The position numbers were made by a program, and so were the translations under genes. The notes beneath the pieces were generated by a model. It was not told the origin of the DNA. It searched no databases and saw only the letters and a list, made by a program, of their open reading frames with translations. Of a stretch of DNA of 64,000 nucleotides, positions 29,195-40,287 are shown piece by piece. The DNA comes from Syntrophales bacterium (GTDB lineage Bacteria; Desulfobacterota; Syntrophia; Syntrophales; UBA2210): positions 381,675 to 445,674 of the forward strand of contig CAXXKT010000002.1 in assembly GCA_963662405.2 (NCBI GenBank), written 5' to 3'. Each line of letters begins with the position of its first letter. Position 1 is the first letter of the stretch.

Positions 29195-30293
29195 AATGGC
29201 TGCTCCTTTTCAGATTTTCCCTCTCCTCTTCAAAATCGGCATGTTCATAGCCGATCTGCCGGAAGGTGTCCTCAATCTCCAGGAATGCCTCAACCATATC
29301 CGGGTCAAAATGTTTCCCCTTCCCTTCGGTGATAATCGCCACCGCTTTTTCATGGGGGAATGGCGGCTTGTAGACCCGTCTGCTGACCAGGGCATCATAG
29401 ACATCGGCAATGGCCATGAGGCGTCCTTCAACGGGGATGTCATCCCCGGCAAGACCATCGGGATAGCCGGACCCGTCCCATTTCTCGTGGTGGGACCCCG
29501 CTATTTTTCTGGCATGGTGCAAGAATGAGTTCACCCCCAGCTTTTTCTCCTGCATGGCGAGGACATCCCTCCCATAGGCGGCGTGCTCCTTCATTTCCTC
29601 GAACTCCTCATCGGTGATCTTGCCCGGTTTCAAGAGGATACTGTCCCTGACCCCGACCTTGCCGATGTCATGGAGCGGCGCCGATTTATAGAGCAGATCA
29701 ACCACGAAATCTGTCAGAAATTCCTTAAATTTTGGGTGGTTTTGCAGATGTTTTGCGAGAGCCTTCACATAGAGTTGGGTCCGCTTGATATGACCGCCGG
29801 TTTCCGGGTCGCGATACTCCGCCAGTGACCCCATCGACTCGATGGTCACCTCCTGCGTCAGTTCAAGCTCTTTTGTTCGCTCCGCCACCATCTCTTCGAG
29901 ATGATCGCGATGCATCTTCAGATCAAGCTGGTTCTTTACCCTGGCCTTCACGAGATCGGGATTGAAAGGCTTCGTGATATAGTCAACCGCCCCCAGTGCC
30001 AACCCCTTCGCCTCATCCTGGTCTTCGGTCATGGCGGTCAGAAAGATGATGGGGATATGACTGGTTTCCTGATCTTCCTTTAATCTCTTGCAGACCTCGT
30101 AGCCGTCCATTCCCGGCATTATAATGTCGAGGAGGATAAGATCGGGACGCTGTTCAGCTACCGTTTCCAATGCGCTTTCGCCGTCCATCGCCACACTGAC
30201 ATCATACTCATTCTCGAGGGCGTTCAGCAGGATGTCTATGTTTGCTTCGGCATCATCCACGACAAGTATGGTACGATGTGAGAAATTATTCAT
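29187..30293 (-). CDS. REC-HD-GYP response regulator phosphodiesterase (RpfG-like)
   Basis: PDLILLDIIMP; RDPETGGHIKR, LHDIGKVG, HHEKWDGSGYP. Confidence 0.94.
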   Translation of the reverse strand: MNNFSHRTILVVDDAEANIDILLNALENEYDVSVAMDGESALETVAEQRPDLILLDIIMPGMDGYEVCKRLKEDQETSHIPIIFLTAMTEDQDEAKGLALGAVDYITKPFNPDLVKARVKNQLDLKMHRDHLEEMVAERTKELELTQEVTIESMGSLAEYRDPETGGHIKRTQLYVKALAKHLQNHPKFKEFLTDFVVDLLYKSAPLHDIGKVGVRDSILLKPGKITDEEFEEMKEHAAYGRDVLAMQEKKLGVNSFLHHARKIAGSHHEKWDGSGYPDGLAGDDIPVEGRLMAIADVYDALVSRRVYKPPFPHEKAVAIITEGKGKHFDPDMVEAFLEIEDTFRQIGYEHADFEEERENLKRSSHYA

Positions 30294-30699
30294 AATTCCT
30301 CCCGCCTGTATTTCCTGAAAGTGTTTTCATGAGACAACTCTTCACCTTCTCTTGAATCTCCACCATATCGATCGGCTTGGTGATAAAATCAACCGCGCCC
30401 AGGGACAACGCCCTTTTTTGCTCCCTATCCTCCGCATGAGCGGAGAGAAACATAATCGGGATATCTTTCGTCGTCTCATCTGCCTTGAGACGCTCGCAGA
30501 CCTCGAATCCATCCATACCGGGCATCATGATGTCGAGGAGAATGAGATCAGGCGCTTCAGCCGTCGCAACTTCCAGGGCGGTTTCTCCGTCCATTGCCAC
30601 CATGATATCGTAATCATTTCCCAGCACATACATCAAGATATCGATATTGGCCTCCGTATCATCAACGATGAGAACCGTACATTCTGACAGATCTTTCAT
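30286..30699 (-). CDS. Single-domain response regulator
   Basis: LIVDD, DLILLDIMMP, DFITKP. Confidence 0.92.
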   Translation of the reverse strand: MKDLSECTVLIVDDTEANIDILMYVLGNDYDIMVAMDGETALEVATAEAPDLILLDIMMPGMDGFEVCERLKADETTKDIPIMFLSAHAEDREQKRALSLGAVDFITKPIDMVEIQEKVKSCLMKTLSGNTGGRNYE

Positions 30700-33600
30700 T
30701 TGTTCTCCTTGCCCAACTGTCCGAGGAGTGACTCTACGACATGCTGGCCTTCTTTGAACTTATATTTTTTGATCAGCGTGAGGAGTTGCTCGATATCTGC
30801 CATCAGCTCTTCAGGCCATGCATATCGGTCGATTTCAGACAGCATCTCCATGCATGGTTTCGGTCTCCTTTTCCCAATGAAGCTCTGAAGTTTTTCGAGT
30901 AACTCCCCAAGAGTTTCAACATCCCCGGTTTCTTTGTCTTCCCTTTTTTTCTCGCCACGGTCTTCTTCCGCATTAACAAAGCCCTTTAATCCGTTCATTA
31001 CCGAACGGATCGTGTGTTCAAAGAGGTCTAATCGTTCTGTAATGGTGTCCGGGTCGCCGCCTTTGATCGCCGTCTCCAGGTCCGCACTGGCCTCCTGCAG
31101 AACCTGTGCGCCAAGGTTGCCGGCGACACCCTTGACCGTATGAGCGAGACGAGACCCCAATTGCATGTCCTTTTGAGCGATGGAATCTCTGATCTGTTCC
31201 GGTGTACCGGAATATTCCTCATAAAACTTCACAAGCAGGCTCTTGTACAGTTTTTCATTGCCTCCCACCCGCAAAAGACCCGCCGGTATATCTATGTCCG
31301 GAATGTGAGGGAAACCCTCGCTTCCCGGATGATTCTGTTCAATCGACCCTTTTTTCTGGAGCTCTCGGGGAATATCTCTTTCCCCCGGTTTGACCCATTG
31401 AACAAGAGTTTCGAACAATTGACCCGGAACGATGGGTTTTGTCACGTGATCATTCATCCCCGCCTCGATACTCTTTTCCCGATCACCCGCCATGGCATGG
31501 GCGGTCATGGCGATAATGGGCACTTCCCCGGCCACGGAACCGCTGTTCCGTATGGCTGCAGTCGCCTCGATCCCGCCCATCTCCGGCATCTGAATATCCA
31601 TGAGGATGGCATCATACTGATTTTTCTGCGCCATCTCCACGGCCTCCCTCCCGTTGCCGGCTATCTCGACAACAAAGCCCGCCTGCTCAAGTATCTCACG
31701 GGCTACCTGCTGGTTGATCTCGTTATCCTCCGCCAAAAGGATACGGGCACCCCGGATATTCTCCAGTCCGGAGGACTTCCCGACATCCGCACCTCCTGCA
31801 TCACGGCCCCGTGTCCGTTCCCGACCGAATGCCTCCATGGTGGTATCAAAAAGGAGGGACCTGCTCACCGGTTTGACGAGGAACCCGTCCAAGTTGAGAC
31901 TCTCGGCCTGCTTCATGATCTCCTCCCGACCAAAGGCCGTCACCATGATGATCTTGGGCCGCAGAGAGAGGTCCAATCCTTTGATCTTCCTGGCGGCGGT
32001 GATCCCGTTCATGCCGGGCATCTGCCAGTCCATGTAAACGATTTCAAAAGGCGCTCCTTTTTTATCGGCCCGGAGGATATCGTCAAGGGCCCTTTCTCCG
32101 GATGTTGACAGAGAAACGACAAACGACATGCTCTCCAGCGTGTTTTGCAATATCTCGCGGGAGACCTGGTTGTCGTCGACAACCAGGACCTGTTTGCCGC
32201 GAAGATCCGGTGCAGGGAGCAGAGGGAGACTCTTTGCCGTGTGCAGACCGAATACAGCCGTGAAAATAAAGGTGCTTCCCTTCCCCGGAGCACTTTCAAC
32301 GCCGATCGTACCCCCCATCATCTCACACAGCTTCTTCGAGATGGCCAATCCCAGACCGGTCCCGCCGTATTTACGGGTAATAGACGCATCTCCTTGAGAG
32401 AAGGATTGAAAGAGTTTGTCTTGCTGGTCTTTGGTGAGACCGACACCCGAATCCTCAACGGAAAAGCGCAGCTTCACCGATGTGGTGTTTTTTTCAACGA
32501 TTGATATATCGACAATGATCTCGCCTTTCTCGGAAAACTTAACGGCATTGTTGCAGAGATTGATCAGGATCTGACCGAGACGCAGGGGATCACCGACCAG
32601 ACCGGTCGGCACATCCTTGCCGACCCGGAAGAGCAGTTCCAGCCCTTTTTCTTCCGCTTTGATACCGATAAGATTACTCAGGTTGTCGAGCACATCGTCA
32701 AGATGAAACTGAGTAGATTCTATATCGAGTTTTCCGGCCTCTATCTTTGAAAAATCCAGTATGTCGTTGATGATCCCGAGCAGCGTGTTGGCCGATAGCT
32801 GTATCTTGCTGACGTAATCATGCTGCTTTGGGGTAAGATCGGTCTTCAGGGCCAGGTGACTCATGCCGATGATGGCGTTCATGGGGGTGCGGATCTCATG
32901 GCTCATATTGGCCAGAAAATCGCTCTTTGCCTGTGTTGCCGCTTCCGCAACTTCCTTGGCCTCAGCCAGGGCCTGTTCCGCCTCTATGTGTTCGGTGATA
33001 TCGCGGATAGAAGTTACGGCCATCATGGTCTGGTTCGTCTGAATGAGGCTCACCGTAATTTCTACGGGAATCAATGTGCCGTCCGCATGGCGGGCCTGAA
33101 CGGCCCCCAAGCCCATTGGTCCGCTTGCGGGATGGCGAAAGAATTTGTCACACAGGGCCACATGTTTATCCTTCAAGTGAATCGGCAGGAGCATGCCCAA
33201 CGGGCTGCCGATCATCTCTTCTTTCGTATACCCGAACAGTTTTTCGGCCTGAGCATTGGCCAGGGTCAATACGCCATTGACGTCAACTGTAATAAACGGA
33301 TCCGGGGCGGCTTCGAGGAGTTGCTGAAAGTGTTCCTGGGCTTCCTTGAGCCTGGCGGTATGTTCTTCAATGCTGCCCGCCATGGAATTGAACGCCAGGG
33401 CCAGTGCACCAACCTCATCCGGGGTGTTGATGTCGATGTGATGTGAATACGTACCCTCCCTGATTGCCTGAGTTCCTTCCTCAAGCAACGCCAGGGGATG
33501 AATGATCCGTCGCTTCAACAGGAAAAACACACATACGGCAAAACCGATGGTGATAAATGTCAAAACCGTAATGATCACAATGATAGCCTGAAATCGGCCA

Positions 33601-36062
33601 TGGACAAGGTTGAGCTCGTTGGCGGTTCGCCATTCCAGGAGGGCAAAAAACTCGTCAAGCGATTTCATGATCGTGGATTTTGACTTATGATACGTCTCCC
33701 CGTGCAGAAGGTTTCGTGCCATCCCAGGGTCCGGTTCGCCCTCAATGGTAAAATTGCCGTTCACATCCCGATAGAGACCTTTGAGAGCGTTCATGGCAAT
33801 AGCTTCAATGTGGGTCAGCTTATCGGATTCTTTATTTGCCTCGGCCAGTTTGTCCTTCTCCTTTTCCGATATCCCCAGTTCAAACATCTTTTCTTCTATA
33901 CCGTAAGTTTCCCCGTCTTCATCCAGGGGCATGATACCGGCGATCACATGGTCCCAATAGGTACGGCTGAAGGACTTCGGGTGAGCACGTTTCCCATCAC
34001 GGATTGCACGAGCGATTCTGAAATATTGTTCGTATCGGGAATCGCCTGTTGCAACGAACATTCGTGCAAACCGTGTCAAGTCATCGGATGATTGTTTGAG
34101 TTCAAAGGCGAGGTTCAAGGAATCGGCCTTCCGACTCTCGATCCGAGAGATATCGACCTCAGCTTTTAAAAGTGTGCTTGCGAATACGGCAATGGCGACA
34201 AACAATCCGGCAAAAATGAAGGAGACCAGAAAGAGCGTCTCACGAATGGTCAGACGTGTTGGCCGCCCCCTTGAGAACCAGATTAGGACAATAATTACCA
34301 ACAGAGCAAGAAAGACAATGGCGATATTCTTGACCAGAAAGGCGGTCTGATCAAAATCAACCTGTTTGAGAGGGGGAAGTTGGGTGTGCTTTTGCCATCC
34401 TCTCGGGGCCTCATAATCACCGATCCATCGCAACAAGACGGCCTGCCTTTCCACGGGACTCAAGGATAGCACCGCTTTATTCATAATAGAGGCCAATTCA
34501 GGCCAATCCTTTCGCACACCTATGGTCAGGACGGAGCCTCTTTTCTTCAACGTTGCCTGGACTTCGAGGTTTGTGAACAGTTCTTGAGAGATAATATAAA
34601 TGGCCACGGCACGGTTGCCCGCATAGGCATCGACCTCACCCTTCGATACAGCAGCAAGGCACTGTACCGTGGAATCATAGTTTACAATCGTGACATCAGG
34701 ATAATTGTCTTTAAAATACCTGTTGTTCCCGAAACCCCGCTCAAGGGCCAGGGTCCTCCCCTTCAACTGGTCCTCACTCGTAAAAAGTGTTCCACCTTTG
34801 CGTGCTATGATAACATGGGGAACAATCAGATAGGGGGCGGTAAAAATGATAAAATCCTCGCGTTCAGAGCGGGGGCTCACATCCATAAGTGCGTCGGCAG
34901 TTTTGTTTCTGACCTGATCCAGATTATCCTGGAAGTGTCCTGCAACGATTTCCATATCAAGACCGGTTCGTTCTCCGAGCAATCTCAGGAGATCCACACC
35001 GATACCGATAGGTTTTCCGCTACGGCCGGTAAAGTTGAAAGGCGGCCAGGATTTCATCACCGCTATCGTGATTGTGGGATGCACCCGTACCCAGTTTGCT
35101 TCTCCGGTAGTATAGCGCAGCCGGCCCGCAGGGCCTTTGGTCTCGAGACTGACCCACTTCCGGCGAATGGCCATAGATTCTGCGGGAGGAATAGCGGCCA
35201 GAGCCTTGTTCAGGATAGAGACCATTTCAGGCCAATCACTTCGGACCCCGAACGATAAGTTCTGCGGTCCCCCGGGAATCGGAAAGGCCACCTTCAGATT
35301 TCCGAGATCCAACTGCCTGATGATGTGGCTCGATGCGGCAAGATTGCCGACCACCGCATGGATCTCGCCGTTGGACAGGGCCAGCATCGCTTCTTGTGCC
35401 GTGGGATATAAAATGGGGGATATATTGCTTTGCTCCTTTATCCACCCGTGATGTGAACTCTTTTCCTGCACCCCGACTGCAAACCGCGCGAGATCTTCCT
35501 GTGATGCCGGACCCACTCCGCTTGTTCGTGAAAACACCACCCGTGGAAAAGACAGGTACGAATTGGTGAATAACAGATACTTCTCTCGTTCCTTATTTAT
35601 CCCCACACAGGGCAGGATGTCGATTTCATGTTTCTTCGCCTTTTCGACGATCTCAGACCAGGGCAGCGGGTTATTGACCTCCATGGTAATACCCAGCATC
35701 TTTTCGATCAACGTGACATAGTCGGCGGCCATACCCTGGTACTCACCGCTTTCGTCAAAAAATTCAAAGGGCGCGAAAGCAGGATCTACCCCGAGTTTGA
35801 TAATGGGATGGGTTTTCAGCCACTGGTGCTCTTCATGGGTCAGATCTACCCGTGGCGTCTGAATCGTCGCGGAATCGTCTGCCACCGCTGTTCCAACCGC
35901 CCCCGAAATAAGAGTTGGGACCAAGAGTGTCAGCACTAAGAGAAATATTAGATATCCGAACGAACAAGTTAAATCCTGTCGATTCTCTCCGTTTTTCGGT
36001 CCCGGTGATATCCGACTTTTTATGATTCTTTTGATGCAGCAGTGTGTATTGAAGCCCATCAA
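30696..36062 (-). CDS. Hybrid sensor kinase: 2x periplasmic solute-binding, HAMP, PAS, HisKA, HATPase, 2x REC, HPt
   Basis: GVDPAFAPFEF and WPPFNF binding domains; FLANMSHEIRTPMN; GGTGLGL; two receivers; AHTVKGVAGNLG (HPt). Confidence 0.93.
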   Translation of the reverse strand: MMGFNTHCCIKRIIKSRISPGPKNGENRQDLTCSFGYLIFLLVLTLLVPTLISGAVGTAVADDSATIQTPRVDLTHEEHQWLKTHPIIKLGVDPAFAPFEFFDESGEYQGMAADYVTLIEKMLGITMEVNNPLPWSEIVEKAKKHEIDILPCVGINKEREKYLLFTNSYLSFPRVVFSRTSGVGPASQEDLARFAVGVQEKSSHHGWIKEQSNISPILYPTAQEAMLALSNGEIHAVVGNLAASSHIIRQLDLGNLKVAFPIPGGPQNLSFGVRSDWPEMVSILNKALAAIPPAESMAIRRKWVSLETKGPAGRLRYTTGEANWVRVHPTITIAVMKSWPPFNFTGRSGKPIGIGVDLLRLLGERTGLDMEIVAGHFQDNLDQVRNKTADALMDVSPRSEREDFIIFTAPYLIVPHVIIARKGGTLFTSEDQLKGRTLALERGFGNNRYFKDNYPDVTIVNYDSTVQCLAAVSKGEVDAYAGNRAVAIYIISQELFTNLEVQATLKKRGSVLTIGVRKDWPELASIMNKAVLSLSPVERQAVLLRWIGDYEAPRGWQKHTQLPPLKQVDFDQTAFLVKNIAIVFLALLVIIVLIWFSRGRPTRLTIRETLFLVSFIFAGLFVAIAVFASTLLKAEVDISRIESRKADSLNLAFELKQSSDDLTRFARMFVATGDSRYEQYFRIARAIRDGKRAHPKSFSRTYWDHVIAGIMPLDEDGETYGIEEKMFELGISEKEKDKLAEANKESDKLTHIEAIAMNALKGLYRDVNGNFTIEGEPDPGMARNLLHGETYHKSKSTIMKSLDEFFALLEWRTANELNLVHGRFQAIIVIITVLTFITIGFAVCVFFLLKRRIIHPLALLEEGTQAIREGTYSHHIDINTPDEVGALALAFNSMAGSIEEHTARLKEAQEHFQQLLEAAPDPFITVDVNGVLTLANAQAEKLFGYTKEEMIGSPLGMLLPIHLKDKHVALCDKFFRHPASGPMGLGAVQARHADGTLIPVEITVSLIQTNQTMMAVTSIRDITEHIEAEQALAEAKEVAEAATQAKSDFLANMSHEIRTPMNAIIGMSHLALKTDLTPKQHDYVSKIQLSANTLLGIINDILDFSKIEAGKLDIESTQFHLDDVLDNLSNLIGIKAEEKGLELLFRVGKDVPTGLVGDPLRLGQILINLCNNAVKFSEKGEIIVDISIVEKNTTSVKLRFSVEDSGVGLTKDQQDKLFQSFSQGDASITRKYGGTGLGLAISKKLCEMMGGTIGVESAPGKGSTFIFTAVFGLHTAKSLPLLPAPDLRGKQVLVVDDNQVSREILQNTLESMSFVVSLSTSGERALDDILRADKKGAPFEIVYMDWQMPGMNGITAARKIKGLDLSLRPKIIMVTAFGREEIMKQAESLNLDGFLVKPVSRSLLFDTTMEAFGRERTRGRDAGGADVGKSSGLENIRGARILLAEDNEINQQVAREILEQAGFVVEIAGNGREAVEMAQKNQYDAILMDIQMPEMGGIEATAAIRNSGSVAGEVPIIAMTAHAMAGDREKSIEAGMNDHVTKPIVPGQLFETLVQWVKPGERDIPRELQKKGSIEQNHPGSEGFPHIPDIDIPAGLLRVGGNEKLYKSLLVKFYEEYSGTPEQIRDSIAQKDMQLGSRLAHTVKGVAGNLGAQVLQEASADLETAIKGGDPDTITERLDLFEHTIRSVMNGLKGFVNAEEDRGEKKREDKETGDVETLGELLEKLQSFIGKRRPKPCMEMLSEIDRYAWPEELMADIEQLLTLIKKYKFKEGQHVVESLLGQLGKENK

Positions 36063-36604
36063 TCCACCTCATACAATGGACATGAGTGGAAAGACTGTTG
36101 CCATTCCCCCGCCCATTGGATATCCCTGTGTCTTACCCAAAGGTTCCGCGCTATTGTGGTGCTTCGTTACAGTGAACAGAGAATTCTTAATACTGGGGAA
36201 TCTCCGCCGAATTGGGAATCAACCATTAGGAATCTTACAGGCTACAATTCTCTTTTCTACACAAATATCTTCTTGTGTATCCCAGGGCCGATGTAGTACG
36301 TTTCGCGCATTGGTATGTTACATCACTCGGAAAAACAGAGCAAGAGGGGATTTCGGGGAATCGTTGCCTTGGATGTTCGGAGATAATCGTTTACCGAACG
36401 ACACTCAGTGAAAGCCTGGCTGCCGTTTTCGGTGCCGATACGGGAAAGTCGTGAACACTTACCATACAAATCTATCGAAGCAGCAAACCGTCCAAGGCCA
36501 AAAGACCTTCCGTCGGACGTGGAACCGCGCACCAAAAAACGACGGGGACAGGGCGGAGAAGGATTGATGAATGACACATCCAATAACCAAGGGAAGGGGA
36601 TAAT

Positions 36605-37282
36605 ATGCGACTCCTTCTGGTTGAAGACGACATCAAGATAGCCTCCTTCGTGATCAGGGGTTTCCAGGCGGAGGGATACGCCATCGATCATGCTGCGGAC
36701 GGCGAAGAAGGACTGCATCTGGCGCTCTCGGAACCGTACGACGCGGTCATCGTCGATGTCATGCTTCCGAAACTGGACGGGCTTACATTGATAGAGAAGA
36801 TGCGGGATGCGCGGATAGCCACACCCGTTATCATACTGAGCGCACGGAGTTCCGTGGACGACAGGATCAGGGGCCTGCAGAAGGGGAGTGACGATTACCT
36901 GACGAAGCCCTTCGCCTTCTCGGAACTTCTCGCCCGCATCCAGGCCCTCATCAGGAGGGCCAGTGGGGCGACGGAACCGACCAGGCTCGTCTTCGGAGAC
37001 CTTTCCATGAACCTGATTACCAGAGAGGTCGAACGGAGCGGGCGGAAGATAGAACTTCAGCCCCTTGAATTTTCGCTCCTGGAGTACCTGATGCGCAACG
37101 CCGGGAGGGTGGTTTCGAAGACCATGATCATGGAACACGTCTGGGATTACAATTTCGATCCCATGACCAATGTGGTGGAGGCCCGCATCAGCCGCCTGCG
37201 GGACAAGGTGGACCGGGACTTTCCGGAAAAGCTGATTCATACCATACGCGGGGTCGGTTATGCCCTCAGAACACACAATTGA
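36605..37282 (+). CDS. OmpR/PhoB-family response regulator (CusR-like)
   Basis: LLVEDD, DVMLP, DDYLTKPF, winged helix IHTIRGVGY. Confidence 0.95.
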   Translation: MRLLLVEDDIKIASFVIRGFQAEGYAIDHAADGEEGLHLALSEPYDAVIVDVMLPKLDGLTLIEKMRDARIATPVIILSARSSVDDRIRGLQKGSDDYLTKPFAFSELLARIQALIRRASGATEPTRLVFGDLSMNLITREVERSGRKIELQPLEFSLLEYLMRNAGRVVSKTMIMEHVWDYNFDPMTNVVEARISRLRDKVDRDFPEKLIHTIRGVGYALRTHN

Positions 37283-38656
37283 GCTCCGCCATACCCTGGC
37301 CTTTCGCCTGACCCTCTGGTACGCGGGTGTTTCCGCTGTGATTGTCTTCCTGACGATCTCTCTTTTCTATATTCTCGCCACGAATATGATCCGGGATCAG
37401 ATCGACGAAGATCTCCTGAACCAGATGATAAAATTCTCGTCACTGATAACCACGCAGGGCGTCGACGCGGGAAACGCGTCGCCGTCATCGAATCCCAGGC
37501 GGGAGGTGTCAAAAAGGTCTTTTTCCGGTTCCTTCGCAGTAACGGTCGCGCCTTTTTATCATCAAATATGGAGTACTGGCAGGACATCAAGGTCAATCCC
37601 GGGATCATGCAACGCGTGATTCGGGGAGAAAGCCCTCTCTTCGACACGATCACCCTCCCTGAACGCGATCATGAGATACGGGTCCTCTACGGCGTCATAG
37701 CCCCGGGGGTCATACTCCAGGTCGGCCAGTCGATGGAGGAATACAGCAGGGTCATCTCCGTCTTCAAGCGGATATTTATCGGGGCAGTGATCTTTCTGAT
37801 GGTCCTGACCGCCGTGGTGGGGTGGTTTATGGCGCGGCGCGCCCTCTCCGGCGTCGAGGCGGTCACCAGGACGGCCCAGATGATATCGAGAGATGTGCTG
37901 GATATGCGGGTCCCCGTCAATCCCCGGGGGGATGAGATCGATGAGCTGGCAAACACGTTCAACGAAATGCTCGATCGTATCGAACAGCTTGTTACCGGCA
38001 TGAAAGAGATGAGCGACAGCATCGCCCACGATCTGAAGACACCGGTCACCCGGATCCGGGGCATCGCCGAAATCACCCTGACGACCCAGACCTCACCAGC
38101 GGAATATGAGACCATGACGGCGAGCATCATCGAGGAATGCGACCGGCTCCTCGACATGATCAGTACGATGCTGGTCATATCGCGGTTTGAAGCGGGGGTC
38201 GGCGACCTGAAAAAGGAATCCGGAGAACTTGCCGGGCTCATCAGGGATGCCGGTGAGATCTTTCGCCCCCTTGCTGAAGACAAAAACATCTCAATCGACT
38301 GCCGTACACCCGAAACCCTGGAATACACCGGTGACGCCGGTATGCTCCAGCGATTGATCTCGAACCTCCTCGACAACGCCATCAAGTACACCCCTTCCGG
38401 TGGACAGGTGACCATCACTTTGGAAAAGCGTGGAGAGGACGGAGCGATCCTGACGGTTGCGGACACGGGTCCGGGCATCGCGAGAGAGGAGACCGCCCAT
38501 GTCTTCGAGCGCTTTTACCGGGGAGATGAGAGCAGATCCACGGAGGGAGCGGGGCTGGGCCTCAGTCTCGCCCGGGCCATAGCCAGGGCTCACGGCGGCG
38601 AGATAACCGTGGAAAGCGAACCGAAAGCAGGCAGCACCTTTATCGTCACCTTATAG
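37260..38656 (+). pseudogene. HAMP sensor histidine kinase with a 1-nt frameshift near 37470
   Basis: TM1 (LAFRLTLWY) in one frame; periplasmic part, TM2, HAMP, AHDLKTP and HATPase in another frame. Confidence 0.8.
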
Positions 38657-38699
38657 ATTCCCCCCTCTGTCAAACCGTTATCTCCAACATTATCATTCG

Positions 38700-38729
38700 G
38701 TAATCTTCGGATCATCTTGTCGTCACCTT
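38700..38729 (+). promoter_or_regulatory. Putative OmpR/PhoB-type tandem binding boxes upstream of degP
   Basis: GTAATCTT, ATCATCTT and GTCACCTT at exact 11-bp spacing (38700, 38711, 38722). Confidence 0.55.
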
Positions 38730-38805
38730 CCGTGTGTATCGTAAGGGCCACAGAAGAACGAAACGGTTCGTCCCGCTTCGAGCAACACACATGAGGAGGT
38801 ACGCT

Positions 38806-40242
38806 ATGCATTCATTCAAAAACACGATCGTCGCAATCGCCGTGATATTCACGGTAGGGATCATGGCCGGCGCAGCCACCCAGCTTTCGGCCGCCACATC
38901 GGATCCACAGGGCCATATGGTTCCGGCAAACTTCAGTGCCCTCGCCGCGCAGGCGAAGAGCGGCGTGGTCAATATCCGGGTCGAAAAAACCGTCAAAGGC
39001 CCTGCGGAAATATCGCATTTCTTCCAGAGGAATCCCTTCGGCGGAAGGAATCCCTTTGAGGACTTTTTCGAACCTTTCCCGCGCGGAGAGGAACGTCCTC
39101 TCCCCAAACAGCACGGCATGGGGTCGGGATTTATCATAGATCGCAACGGATACATCGTCACCAACAATCACGTCGTTGAAGGGGCCGATACGATCGTCGT
39201 GACACTCAGTGACAAAAAGGAATATGACGCAGAGCTGATCGGCAGGGACCCCAAAACGGATCTGGCCCTCCTGAAGATAGACCCTCCCCGTGATCTCACA
39301 CCACTTGACATGGGTGATTCAGACGTGCTCTCCGTCGGTGAGTGGGTTGTCGCGATCGGCAGTCCCTTCGGGCTGGAACAGACGGTGACGGCCGGGATCG
39401 TCAGCGCGAAAGGGCGCGTCATCGGCGCGGGGCCGTACGACGATTTCATCCAGACGGATGCCTCGATCAATCCGGGGAACAGCGGCGGGCCGCTCATCAA
39501 CATGGCAGGAGCGGTGATCGGCATCAACACGGCAATCGTCGCCGGGGGACAGGGGATCGGGTTTGCCATTCCCATTAACCTCGCCCGGGGGATCGTCGAA
39601 CAACTGAAAAACAACGGCGCGGTCACACGGGCCTGGCTGGGGGTCGGCATTCAGGACCTAACGGAAGAACTGGGTCGGTACTACGGTATCAAAGGCAATA
39701 ACGGGGTCCTCGTCACGGAGGTCTACGAAAAGAGTCCCGCCGATACGGGGGGCATCAAGGTCGAGGATATCATCGTCGCCGTTGATGGAAAGGAGATCGA
39801 TTCCGGCCGCGTCCTCTCGGGGATAATTGCAAATCTTCCCGTCGGAAAACGGACGACGATAACGGTCCTCCGCGGGGGTACCCCCACAGACCTTACCGTC
39901 GAACTGGCCAAGCGGTCCGATGACGAGATCGCCGCGAAGACATCGATGAATGAAAGTGACGACCTGGGGATCAAGGCCGCTGACCTGGCACCCGAAATCG
40001 CGGCACGCCTCGGTTATGACGAAGATACGCGGGGCGTGGTTATCATGAAAGTCAAACAGGGAAGTCCGGCCGAAAAAGCCGGGGCACGCCAGGGAGACAT
40101 CATTGTGGCCGTCAACCGGGTAAAGGTCAAAACGGTCAGCGATTACCGCGCAGAGGTGAACCGGGTGAATGAGGGCGAAGCGGTGCAGGTCCTCCTCCGT
40201 CGGGGGAGGGTCGGATTCATCGCCCTGGCAATGACAAAATAG
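38806..40242 (+). CDS. degP: DegP/DegQ (HtrA) serine endoprotease
   Basis: Signal peptide; TNNHV, DLAL, INPGNSGGPL; two PDZ domains; RBS GAGGAGG. Confidence 0.93.
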   Translation: MHSFKNTIVAIAVIFTVGIMAGAATQLSAATSDPQGHMVPANFSALAAQAKSGVVNIRVEKTVKGPAEISHFFQRNPFGGRNPFEDFFEPFPRGEERPLPKQHGMGSGFIIDRNGYIVTNNHVVEGADTIVVTLSDKKEYDAELIGRDPKTDLALLKIDPPRDLTPLDMGDSDVLSVGEWVVAIGSPFGLEQTVTAGIVSAKGRVIGAGPYDDFIQTDASINPGNSGGPLINMAGAVIGINTAIVAGGQGIGFAIPINLARGIVEQLKNNGAVTRAWLGVGIQDLTEELGRYYGIKGNNGVLVTEVYEKSPADTGGIKVEDIIVAVDGKEIDSGRVLSGIIANLPVGKRTTITVLRGGTPTDLTVELAKRSDDEIAAKTSMNESDDLGIKAADLAPEIAARLGYDEDTRGVVIMKVKQGSPAEKAGARQGDIIVAVNRVKVKTVSDYRAEVNRVNEGEAVQVLLRRGRVGFIALAMTK

Positions 40243-40287
40243 CCTCTCACGGCGGGTGATGTACCGATAATCACCGAATCAAACAAT

